A stretch of 64,000 nt of DNA from Macrostomum lignano (lineage: Eukaryota): the NCBI GenBank assembly GCA_002269645.1, contig NIVC01000172.1, positions 334,558 through 398,557 on the forward strand, read 5' to 3'. The notes beneath the pieces are model-generated. The model saw only the letters and a program-made list of their open reading frames with translations, made no database searches and had not been told where the DNA came from. A program made the translations under genes and the position numbers. Below, in pieces: positions 48,784 through 60,146 of the stretch (its first letter is position 1; the number at the start of each line of letters is the position of its first letter).

Positions 48784-51315
48784 CTCGGCCATCAGATACG
48801 AAGCGAACGAGGTGACCCCCAAACAGACGGCCCGGACGCCCCTTTCGAGATCGACGAGCTCCGCGCCGCTATCCGATGTCTCAAATCAGGGAAGGCTGTG
48901 GGAACCGACGGTGTCTCCAACGAGATGCTTAAACGCCTCCCGCCGGCCGCTGACAAAGCCTTACTCAGCCTCATCAACCGCACCTGGCGGGAGGGCAAAA
49001 CACCGACCAGCTGGCGAATTGGCACCATTATACCGATCCAGAAAAAAGGGAAAGACGCCGCATCACCGGATAACTACCGCCCCGTCGCACTTACCAGCTG
49101 CATCGCCAAGTGCGCGGAGCGCATGGTTCTGGCTCGTCTTAATTATGACCTGGAGAGCCGTGGCGGCCTCACGCCCACTCAAGCTGGTTTTCGTCGCGGT
49201 CGTAGCACCGAGGAACAGCTCGCGCGAGTCTGCCAAGCCATTTTTGACGGCCTCGAGAGTCTACCGGCGCTACGCAGCATCCTCTGCCTCCTCGACTTTT
49301 GCCGAGCGTATGACAGAGTATGGCGCCTGGCCCTGTATGCCAAAATGCACCGCATGGGCATCTCCAAGCGCATCATCCGCTGGATCCGCGGCTTCCTGTC
49401 GGACCGTCACAACGCAGTCCGCTGGGTTAACGCCACGAGCCGCAACAGAGTCTTCCGCGAAGGTCTGCCACAGGGCAGTGTGCTAGCGCCCACGCTGTGG
49501 AATATCTATGTCAACGATTTAGCCCAAGCAGTCGCCGAGGCGAACCCTTTGGTCAGCCTCAGTCTCTACGCCGATGACTCGGCCTTACTGGCGACCGCTC
49601 GCACACTCGACATCTGTGCCAGAGAACTCCAACCAGCCCTGGATGCAGTGGCCGACTGGTGCCGAGATTGGAAAGTCTCCATTAGCACTGGGAAATGCTG
49701 CTACTCCACCTTCACTCTAGCGGCAAATGAAAACAACGGCAAACGGAGAGTGAACCTCCAGATCAACGGCGACAAGCTTGCCTTCGACCCAACACCGACC
49801 TTCCTGGGACTCACTCTTGACGACAGCCTAAGTTTCAGCCACCATGCATCAAAGATCCGTAAAAAGATGGCCGCCCGCAGAAGACCTCTCACTGCCCTCG
49901 CTACCAGATCGGCCGGTGCGGACAGTCAGATCCTCCGCATGGCTTACATCGCCACCGTTCGCTCTGTTGCCGACTACGCGTGCGGGGTCTGGGGGTCTTT
50001 CACTGCAGCCAGCTCTAAGCTGCTGATCGACCGCCAACAGCACAGCTGTGCGCGGATCATCACTGGGTGCCTCCAACTTACTCACATCCGGGACCTGCTT
50101 GCGGTGGCGAACCTGTCGCCCTTCAGCCATCTGGTGCTACAACGTAGTGCGACGCTCAGAGAAAGAATCCTACGTCTCCCGCAGGACACTCCAGCACTTC
50201 AGGTCGCCAAAATGGACACCCGACCACGACTGAAGAATCGAGCCTTTGAGAGCCACCAGAGAACACCGAGAGACCCAAAGGACATCGTCACCGTCCTCCA
50301 CGACTACCAGCGAGAACACCGTGGTTGCTGGCGCCGCGTTAGCCAAGAGCTCGACAGACAGGGGTTGCTCAACGGCCCCACCAGGGAGCCCGCTCCGCAG
50401 CTCCAGCCGCCGTGGACGGCCCACGAAGCGATCACTTTCGACCTCAGTTTGGCTACGCAGTGCAGCCGCAGCCAGCCCCAGAGCCTCCGCAGCGATACTG
50501 CACTGAGGTACCTCGAGGAGCGCGGCTCCCACCCGGTCAGTGTTTGGACTGACGGCTCGGCCGCCGGCGGCACATCGGACGGCACCAGCGCAGCGGTGAT
50601 CATCACCCCATGCTGGGGTCGGGTCGTCACCAGCGCTGCAGGGAACATCTGCAGCAGCACCCAGGCGGAACTCCAAGCCATACTGCTTGCCATCCAGAAT
50701 ACCAGAGAGCATCAATGTATCGACATCTTCACTGACTCCCAGGCGGCCATTTACAACATCATGGCGGGCCAGCGCAGCAACAGCAGAATCGTCTCCGAAA
50801 TTTGGAACCAGAGTAGCGATCACTCCATCCGCATCACCTGGATACCGGCTCACTGCGGCATCCCCATGAACGAACGCGCAGATAGGGCGGCAAGACTGGC
50901 GACCGCTGATCAGAGCGACCATGGTGTCCCCATCATGGCAGCCAGCGCTTACCTCTGCCGGGAAAGACGTGATCTAGACCTCGAGCTTTGGGGCCGTAAG
51001 GCGCCATGGCCAAGACTCCCAACCTTGCCGAGGAAATTTGAGGTCCTGGTCAACCAGCTCCGCGCCGGCTGCAGCAACCTTGCCGCCGCCACTAGACTCC
51101 GACTCGGCCTGTCCGACTCCGACGTGTGCCCGGACTGCGGAGCTCGCGACACCGAGCAGCACATTCTTTTCGACTGCCCACGAGGGTTCGCGGCCCGCCC
51201 CGGCGAACAAGACGCACTCCTGGTTGACGCGAGCCTCACCATCAACCTTCTTCGCAGGCTGGGGCGCATATAGCGCCCCCGTCTCTTGCAGCCCAGCTGA
51301 CATCGAGACGTGCGG

Positions 51316-51350
<35 letters not shown>
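48784..51350 (+). mobile_element. 5'-truncated I-group (Ingi/Nimb-like) LINE encoding RT, RNase H and a CCHC motif, with a (GA)n tail
   Basis: ORF 48898-51273 (open from 48784): YRPVALTSC, QAGFRRGRST, GLPQGSVLAP, YADD, VWTDGS, AELQAI, TDSQAA, WIPAHCGIPMNERAD, CPDCGARDTEQHILFDC; (GA)n at 51319-51350. Confidence 0.92.
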
Positions 51351-51351
<1 letters not shown>

Positions 51352-51582
51352 AGCAGCAGCCGCTATCCGTGCCGGCAGTCAGTTAATTGATGAGTTTTCT
51401 GGCAGAGCTGGTTATTTTTTAAGTTTCTGAATCGAGAAGCCGATTAACTGTTGTGTGCTTCACTGGAATATTATTAAGAGGACGCATTTTTTTTGCAGTC
51501 TGTGTCTAATAAAATCCGGTGCAATGACCGCGGTAGAGCTCTAGCATTTGCTTTTTATAGTATTTGTGTATATTCTTTTTCA

Positions 51583-51992
51583 AGCTATGCTGGAATTGTT
51601 GGGACAGCCCCATCCACACTGGCTATGGTGGAATTGTTGGGACAGCCCTATCCACACTGGCTATGCTGGAATTGTTGGGACAGCCCTATCCACACTGGCT
51701 ATGCTGGAATTGTTGGGACAGCCCTATCCACACTGGCTATGGTGGAATTGTTGGGACAGCCCTATCCACACTGGCTATGCTGGAATTGTTGGGACAGCCC
51801 TATCCACACTGGCTTTGCTGGAATTGTTGGGACAGCCCCATCCACACTGGCTATGGTGGAATTGTTGGGACAGCCCTATCCACACTGGCTATGCTGGAAT
51901 TGTTGGGACAGCCCTATCCACACTGGCTATGCTGGAATTGTTGGGACAGCCCTATCCACACTGGCTATGCTGGAATTGTTGGGACAGCCCCA
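51583..51992. repeat. 38-bp minisatellite (gctatgctggaattgttgggacagccctatccacactg)
   Basis: About 10.5 copies; the ORFs here are artefacts. Confidence 0.95.
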
Positions 51993-52649
51993 TACTATAG
52001 TGTGTGCTGGCTTCTGCTATAGTGTGGTTCATTTCCGCATCCTTTTACGTAGCATTCTGTGGGTCCGAATAGCTGACATGTACCTTTTGAGTAATTCTAG
52101 TGATTGTGTCATAATCAATAAAGTACATTTTTATGAACAGTGGAGTTTCGCTACAGAATTGTTTTTTCCCAGTGGCACTAAATGTAGCAAATTTTGTTTA
52201 TTCAGATCGTAAAATTTTTTTGATATGTGTCAATGTCGTTTGTTTTCGATAACCTTAAAGTCCCTTGCCATTTACCATCCTGTCTTCTATAATCTATGTT
52301 CGCTGAAATTATCTGGTGAAATTTGACGCGCTGATATTATTGCCTTAAGTGGAATTCAGCAAGACACCAGGGTTTTTTAATTCTGTTTTAGACAAGTATA
52401 CATGTACAATCTGTTGTGAGTTCAATGCACCTCGAAAAATGCTTTCCAACTGTTTTCAGTAAGCCAAAAGCATGTTGTCAATAAAAATCGATTTGGTGGG
52501 TTGAAAATTGCCTGTGTGGGGACGTGTGTGTGTGTGATTTTTCGTGTGTCGGAGCAGTCCCAATATGTGCAAGCTTTTGCACACTTGGCCAATAAGTGCC
52601 TCGTGCACGTTTGTGTGACTATAAAAAGTACTCTCGATGCTGGCAGACA

Positions 52650-54510
52650 GCTCTAATTAGCTATCGCTCTACAGACTGCAATTCTTGACCAATTTTGATC
52701 GCGCTTTCGCCAAAGGATTTATAGTTATCTGAAAAAAGACAGTTAGAATTTCTTTAATCTGCTTCAATGTTCAAGGCATTAAATATTCGAAAATCGAGTT
52801 TTCCCTATGCTTTTAATGGAAGGCCAAGCAAGGTTGAATTCTTGACTGGCTGAATTCCAAATCTAATTTTGATTGCGCCACAACTGTGTACTGCATATTC
52901 TCGCTATAAACTGACTCTGAGCTTTTTAGGTGGAGGCAGTGTGCCAAGCATTGCGCAGGCACTCTGGAGGGAGAGAGAAATCAGCCAGTGCATTTTAAAA
53001 GTACGTTATTTACATTATTTTGACCCTGGCTGAATGGCGGACTGCATAGACAATTGCTATTTATAGATTTCTTCTCTTAACTGTGCATTGGCTCTGCCAG
53101 CACCAAACCTGTGCACACTGAGCAGCCCATCACTGCTATGTATTTGACTGCAATGTCGAAGCATATATGGCTGATTTTTGCGCCCTCCAATCAGTAGGCG
53201 GAATAGCCGCAGTGTAGGCACTAGGACTAGGTTTAGGCTAGGCGTAAGGTCCAAGGTTCGAGTCCGCCTCGTGAGCCGATAATTAAAATTAAATAAATTA
53301 GTTCACTTATAGCTTGCGCCTCAACTAATTGAATCATTTTTGATTAATTAGTAAGCCACACTCAATGAATGATTTTTGCTATTCAACACAAGTTGCTAAA
53401 CAAACTTGATTTTGTCAATTTGAATTTGATTTGATTTCAGCCAGTGCATTTCAAAATTTGATTTGTAAAAAACCTGCTTCGTGTATTATTGCTCCCGAAT
53501 TGCAGACGATGCTGCTAAATAGCTAAACAGCTGAAGGTACTGCTAAATGCTGAGCTGCGCAAAAGACTGCCGATATGTATCGCAAAATTGATTAGTGAGC
53601 TGTACTAAATACTGAGCAAATTATCAGATTACTGAAAGAATCATTGCTGAGAAGACTCATTCATGCAGACTGCAATGGGAAAAATTGAAAAAAACTGCTG
53701 AGGTATTCCTCCAGACTTATGAGTGTATAGCAGAGCAAGTTGTTGAGGGGATACAAGTAACTGCGGACTGCTGAGTGAATTATTGTAGCTTGCCGATGCT
53801 AATGAAAGTTGTAGACAGCAAGGTGGATACTCGTACCTGCAGGCTGCTAAGAGTATGACTGCAGTCTGTTTGCGGGATTAGAAGTGATAGCTAATTTCAG
53901 GTTGTTGTGGGGATAACTGCCGATTTCTGAGGGGGGGGGTTAACTTCAAAATGTGAAGTTTCTAAACTTCTAGAATAGTATAAGTCTTTTAGTAGAAGGT
54001 CGGCTGTTCGAGTCTACATTGAAGTAGCGAATTTATCTTTGTGACAATAATCATTGTTTCCTATGGGGGTTCATGCAAATTTTTAACATTTTATTTTGTA
54101 CACTTATGCTTTTGCTGGGGCTACGCGAAGCTTCAAAAGCAGCGCTTATCTGCTGTAAGTGCTAATTTGCAAAGGGTATTGCTAATCTGGGTGAGCAGCG
54201 CTAATCGGGGAGAGCAGTGCTATTCTGACGCATATAATAAAATAATAAATATGTAAGGGAATTAAATTGAACCTGCAAGTTGCAGAAACATTTTAAATGG
54301 TTTCGATTATCCAGAAGCAATATAGCCATAAGCAAAGATTAGTGCAATGTGCAAAACAGTACTGGTGAACGATGACTAAACTGCTGGTGAAGCATTGCTA
54401 AACTGCATTGCTAAACTACATTGCTAAACTGCTGGTGAACCATTGCTAAACTGCTGGTGAACCATTGCTAAACTGCAGAAAGCTATAGTGAAATATTGTT
54501 TTTTTTTATT
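52650..54510 (-). repeat. Inverted copy of the macro-repeat segment at about 43400-46090 plus the 21-bp array
   Basis: For example 53930-54060 is the reverse complement of about 43445-43680; the DLTPSLNLVLVPT pseudo-ORF appears on opposite strands at about 45150 and 53254. Confidence 0.85.
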
Positions 54511-54512
54511 AA

Positions 54513-57342
54513 TGAAGTGATACATTTTGACTCAAGAAAGTTCCCATCCAGATTGAATGTATCTTAACCAATGAATGCGCTCCAAATAGCAAAAGCTGAG
54601 GACACGACCCCAACCTCAACCAATGAAAAACAGTTATGTACCATCCAATGCGATCAAGACTGAAAAGTACTATAAAAGCTCATGTTAACCAAGCAAGAAG
54701 CTCGCCCCCTTTCTCGCTCCGCCTCTCCTCCCCTTTTCTCTCCTTCGCCCTTCTCCCAGCCTACCTCCTTTTGACTAATTTTGATTAACATAGTTAGGGT
54801 CTCAACCCAAACACCAAAACTGATAAATTGACTTACTAAAGCTAAACCAACACCCAATCCACGTTTTACAATAGACTGAACCTTCGGTTCACCCGAACAA
54901 CTAGAAACACCTTGTGACTTAAATCGAACGAGCTTCTTATTTGGAATTCCACCTTAGACATTATATTTTTGTGAGAAAACGTCTCGAGATTGTGACCATC
55001 AAATACAACGGTCTGTAAGTTACCATCAAGTGTTTGCATCATCAGGAAAAGTCAGTTGAATCCGCCGCCTCAGTTATTTGGCTCTCACATTGATATTTGA
55101 AGTAGACATAGAGCCATAGAAGTGAGAGACCAGAAGAAGAACAGTAACATATATTTTAAAATATTTCACTGGTTCCCTGACCGTACTTTTCCTCCGATGC
55201 GTCTCACCACAATAGCCGCTATGCCCTGCATGGGGTAGACAGCTATAGGCGTGGCTGATGGGTGTGAACGGTTGGACTGGCTTCCCCCCCCCCTCCCCTT
55301 TGAGCATTCGAGACTGTCAGTAATACATATTCGAAGAATGAATCGTAAATCACGAGCTCTTAAATTCAAATTCAGAATTCAAATCGGTTCTAAGTTTTGT
55401 CCAGTGCACTGAGACCTGATTCAAGTTTTTTTCAGATTCAAAGGATCCATGAAAGTCAATAAATTATCGTTCCGGAACAATTTCAATTTCACTTCAATTC
55501 AAGAAACGTCGTCGAACGTCTGACATCGAGTTCTTATTCTCAAGCCTCAGAGCTTCAATGCAGAAATTCAATTCAGTTATTCGGATCCTCAATTGTTCAA
55601 GCTTCAAAGCTTCGATTTTTCAAAGACCGCGGCATCATCAATTGTTCAAGTTTATTTAATGTTGGACGCCTCTTTCTTCACTGCCTTTCCGTAGAATAGC
55701 AAAGTCTACTCTGGATTTCCTCAAGTAAACTTGAAACTCTCCAAAGTGACTGAGCCATTCGTTTCCTCCTCGGTTTTTCCCAGTGTGTGGCCACATCTAG
55801 AAAACTGGCTTATCTCAGATTCTCTGCGCCGTTAAGCGCCCGAAAGAAAGAACGAAAACGCAAAAAACCTGACGAGCTATTCCAACAAAGTCACTACAGT
55901 AAACATCAATCAAAATCTGGAACCACCAATTTCTTGCTGTCAGAAAACTTTTTCGCTTATCAGACAGGTTGCTTGTCTAACCATTCATTATCTTCCTTGA
56001 TTAAAGCCCAAGATTCGCTGTCTGCCAAGCCTGCGTGCTTCATCTGGAAAACCTTGCTTATTTTCGTAGACCGCTTGCCTAGCCTTCCATCACTTTTTCT
56101 TGATTAAACAATCCAAACTCACTGTTTGCAAAGCCCACGAGCCCCATCCATCAAATCCTCATTGACCCAAGTTTGTTTTTTCGGATTGCTGATTCTGGCG
56201 GTTGCCCTTTATAGATCATTTTGATGTAGAGATTAGGATGCTAGGGAATTTTCTTGTGTGTTTATTCAGCTTCAGTGCCCTCCAACAAATCCTTATCTTA
56301 AACAAGCTGCCCAAGTCAGACTTCGCGCGCATACTTAATCTCCCAGAGAGACCTCCTTTCTTAATTAAAGCCATCAATCAACTTCATTTCCCACGAGAAA
56401 ATCTTTTCCTTAATCAAACTGTCCAGGCCAGCCTTATCCTGCCACTTCATCACCGGCCCAGCGATGTTTTTTCTGCAATCACTGACAACCGACCTCCCCT
56501 GGGATCTGTCCCTAGCTCCCTCCCGTTTCGCATGATGGATTAAGACCAAAATAACCTCAACTTTTCTCCCATCCCTCTACTGCCAGTGGCGCGAGCTTTT
56601 TGGTAACCCCATATCCCCTTCGCTTATGACAAACTCAAAATGATCATTAGATCGCAAAAAATAATAAAATTTGAAAACACAAAAAAACAATACCATTGCT
56701 TATAGTTCATCTCGTATAATCCGTACTGCTCTTATCATGTTAAATTTGAAAAATGATCAATCCGATCAATGAAAAATTATAAAATTTTCAAAAAATTAAA
56801 AATAGCAAATTTATAAAACTACAAAAACATTACTCTACGTTTGCTTAAAATTATGAAATCAACCCCCTAGCTGAAACTCGTCAGATAGTTCAAAATTCAA
56901 ATTCGAAATTCAAAAAGCCAGAACAAATTCTCAGAAGAAAACTGCCGACTTCAAGAAAAAGAAAACTGCCGATTTCAATGATACAAATTCGATTTTATTG
57001 GCCACCACTGATGTCCGTCTAGTCCAACATTCAGGAGCTCCTTTATCAAATTCAGTTTTCATTAAAGTTTCAGAACCGATCAAAACGGCAGTTCAATTCA
57101 AAATTTCAGAGTTCAAAATTTCAAAATTCAAAGTTTCAGAACCGATCAAAAGGCAGTTCAATTCAAAATTACTTCGATTTTCAAAGCTCGTCGCAGATCA
57201 CAGTTAAAAAATTACACAGTCTCTCTTTTTCTCCCTTCCCCAGCCAGTCCGCCAACCGCAACCCTGAAAGCCATTGCCGTTTGCTCACTTTGAATTTGAC
57301 ACTCTACTTTGCTATTAGTTACATTTTTGTGCTATTGTTGCC
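54513..57342 (+). mobile_element. Probable 5' LTR and leader of the env-bearing Gypsy-like element (boundaries uncertain)
   Basis: Similarity to the host repeat stops at about 54512, followed by TG; 2.8 kb of non-coding sequence then precedes gag. There is no second LTR in the window and no PBS was confidently identified. Confidence 0.45.
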
Positions 57343-57867
57343 TTGAAATTATTGATTGAATTCTTGTTAATGACCACACCTGTCCGAGATTTACGTTCCG
57401 GACCAGTTTTTCAAAGCTCAAATATTAACAGACCCCCTGAACAAAATTTAGAAACTTCTGACCGCCAAATAGGTGAACAGCTCCCACGAAATAGTTCACC
57501 AGTACCTAACCTGTTTATACCAGATAACGTTGAGTTTAATAACCCTCTCGCGGATCATTTTGAATACAACCGTGCACACTCACCAGCACCCAGTTCCATC
57601 CTAACAGACGCGGACGAAACAGTTCAACCAGCCCCAAACGATATTGCTGAAGAATCTACTCTAGATATGGCTGATCAGGACGGCGCTCCCCATGTTGATG
57701 CTGCAGCGACAAATGCTGTCCGTGAACTTACTGATGTTATGAACCGCAGTCTGCAATTGCAATCAAACCATCCCGTCTCAGCTACTGCTCTTGCTGAAAT
57801 TCGTCAATCCCTGAAAGGAATCGACCAAATGCATGACTTCGCTCCTTCACTGAAGAGTTCGACTTGA
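57343..57867 (+). CDS. gag: Gag N-terminal segment (frameshifted into the next ORF)
   Basis: Starts with an RDLRSG-type motif; continues via a one-base shift near 57845 into FTEEFDLITRSFGL. Confidence 0.65.
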   Translation: MKLLIEFLLMTTPVRDLRSGPVFQSSNINRPPEQNLETSDRQIGEQLPRNSSPVPNLFIPDNVEFNNPLADHFEYNRAHSPAPSSILTDADETVQPAPNDIAEESTLDMADQDGAPHVDAAATNAVRELTDVMNRSLQLQSNHPVSATALAEIRQSLKGIDQMHDFAPSLKSST

Positions 57868-60146
57868 TCACACGCTCCTTTGGACTATCGGAGAACGCAA
57901 AGATTCGGCTCTTCCCGCGACTACTGAATGACCTTCTTAAACTCGAATACAGTCGCCTCTCTGCCGCAGTCCAAGCCTCTTATCCAGCCACCATTGAGGC
58001 ACTGTCTCAACGCCTTCGGGAAGTAACCATTGGCTCGGCTCTAACGCTGCATAATGCAACAACCCGGAAACAACAGTACGGCGAACCGTTCCTGTCTTAT
58101 TTCACCGATATTCGTCGAAAGCTCAGGTCAGCTATGCCGGAAATACCGGAAGAATTTCCGGAAGGTGCCGGTCCGGAAACACCACCCGCGAACCAAGCTG
58201 TCATCGACCAGCGCAACCGAGACTTCCTTGCTACCCTGATGGCTACGACTATCAACAATGCTCTACCCTACATCAAACGAGAACTCTTGAAGCAAAATAT
58301 CACCACGGAAAGTACGCTAATCAACAAGGCCATCCGCGCCGAACAAATCCGCGACTCCACCATGGACTCTGATGGCACTGACTTGAAAGCTCTCACAGAG
58401 CGTCTAACTACCTTAGAAAAAACGACGAAGGAAGCCAATCAGCAGGTGGTTGCCTCCCTGCAAACACAAACCAAGCCACCTATCGCTAATATGCAACAGA
58501 AGCCCACTTGTTATCATTGCGGCCGACCTGGACATTATGCCGCCGATTGTCGTCGAAGGAATGACCAACAACCTCGTCCCTTCCGACCTAACTCTGGCGA
58601 TCGAAGAACCGCAGCTCACTATGGCTCGGACGCCCCGCGAAATCGTTACCAGCAGGGACCGCCACGATTGACCTGTAACTATTGCCGAAAACCAGGACAC
58701 TCTATTAACCAGTGCCGACTACGAGCCCAACGTACACAAGGCTACGGTCCACCGGCGACACAACAATCACGATTTCCACCCCGTCAAGACTATGGAAACC
58801 GGCCTCAGCAACGCTATCCGCCTCGATACAACGGCGCCAACAATCAACGACAACCTCCGAGATTTGCGCAACAACAATATCCACCGATACGCGCCATCAC
58901 TGCTCAGGACCCTGAAACGTCCCACCCAGGATGGAATCAACAGCCGCAGATTGGATGGACGACTCACGACGCTCCCGAGTCTGCCCAACTGATGCACATT
59001 GCTACAGTTGATGAACGCCCACCGACTTTTGGAAACGAAATTCGCTACTCTGGAGACGCTAAGCAGCTGAAATCCTTACTCAAAAAACCGACTACTGCTT
59101 CTGCGACTATCAACTCTATCCGCCTTTGTACGGTTGAAAGAATGACTGACACCTACACTCCACCGACCAGCAACAACAACCGCGAGAAAACCGTGAAAGC
59201 TTCCGTCGGAATTCGCCGATCACTACTGACACTTTTTCTCCTGTGCCTAGCAACTTCACTCTTCGCACTAGCCAACGCTACGCCGGTAACGACGTCAACT
59301 CCACCATCGATTGAGAGACAATCTCACGAGGGCTTCATTGACACACCAATGGTCTGTCCGTACAACCAGATCCCACGAATTTTCACGATACCACATGAGA
59401 TCCGTTGCGAACAGCTCAAACACCAAACAACGCCGACACTCCCGTTGAAACTGGAACTTTACACAACAAACGTAGAAACCAGTTCCCTGGTTATGACTGT
59501 CTGTTTCCGCGAGAAAATCACTATTAGATGTGATAAGGCGGTGATAAGAACCTGGACATCCGCCCTGGTAGAGTTGGAACCGCAACCAGTCACTCAAGCT
59601 GATTGTGAAAACTGGGCACGAACAAAGCTATCGCCTGATGGATCATTAGTGTTAAAGACTGCGTCAACTCAGTCTATCCAACGCCTGCAATCGACATTCA
59701 ACACGCAAAATGCTGTGCGTTGCACTCCCGGTTCCCATTCAGAACAAATAGTAACAACAGTGATCACCGGAATCCCAGCCTACTCAACAGCAGATCAAAA
59801 AATGGAATCTTTGTCCTTCCCAATGGACAACTGCAAACTCGCCGACAAATTTTGTACAATTAAAACAACTGCACAAGAAATGCGAGCTTTCAACCTACCT
59901 TTGCCGATACTAACATCCCCCTGGGATCCTTTGGAAACTGAAGCAATCTACCAAATTGACGTGAAAGGACCAAGACATCTAAATCTTATTTGGACACCTC
60001 CACCGCTCGCTGATTGTCCTTTAAAACCATTTCGTACTCTTGAAGGTAACTTAAACTCCGGCTTGTTCTTAACTAATGACAAACATTGGACTAACCTTCA
60101 ACCCAGTGCCGTCGACTCACACTCTCACCTGCACTGGCGTCCGTAA
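57864..60146 (+). CDS. Gag (capsid-like plus two CCHC knuckles) fused in frame to a signal-like hydrophobic segment and a Cys-rich glycoprotein ectodomain
   Basis: CYHCGRPGHYAADC (58509) and CNYCRKPGHSINQC (58674); RRSLLTLFLLCLATSLFALANA (59214-59279); then VC..., C.REKITIRC, VTQADC, C..C and LIW, with no stop in between. Confidence 0.85.
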   Translation: MITRSFGLSENAKIRLFPRLLNDLLKLEYSRLSAAVQASYPATIEALSQRLREVTIGSALTLHNATTRKQQYGEPFLSYFTDIRRKLRSAMPEIPEEFPEGAGPETPPANQAVIDQRNRDFLATLMATTINNALPYIKRELLKQNITTESTLINKAIRAEQIRDSTMDSDGTDLKALTERLTTLEKTTKEANQQVVASLQTQTKPPIANMQQKPTCYHCGRPGHYAADCRRRNDQQPRPFRPNSGDRRTAAHYGSDAPRNRYQQGPPRLTCNYCRKPGHSINQCRLRAQRTQGYGPPATQQSRFPPRQDYGNRPQQRYPPRYNGANNQRQPPRFAQQQYPPIRAITAQDPETSHPGWNQQPQIGWTTHDAPESAQLMHIATVDERPPTFGNEIRYSGDAKQLKSLLKKPTTASATINSIRLCTVERMTDTYTPPTSNNNREKTVKASVGIRRSLLTLFLLCLATSLFALANATPVTTSTPPSIERQSHEGFIDTPMVCPYNQIPRIFTIPHEIRCEQLKHQTTPTLPLKLELYTTNVETSSLVMTVCFREKITIRCDKAVIRTWTSALVELEPQPVTQADCENWARTKLSPDGSLVLKTASTQSIQRLQSTFNTQNAVRCTPGSHSEQIVTTVITGIPAYSTADQKMESLSFPMDNCKLADKFCTIKTTAQEMRAFNLPLPILTSPWDPLETEAIYQIDVKGPRHLNLIWTPPPLADCPLKPFRTLEGNLNSGLFLTNDKHWTNLQPSAVDSHSHLHWRP

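Noticed and set aside
51493-52212. Cys/Trp-rich repeat ORFs in three frames
   Set aside because: Artefacts of the 38-bp tandem repeat.
56588-56612. Candidate PBS (tggcgcgagc or tggtaacccc) for the env-bearing element
   Set aside because: Neither clearly follows a confirmed LTR end or matches a tRNA 3' end I can verify.
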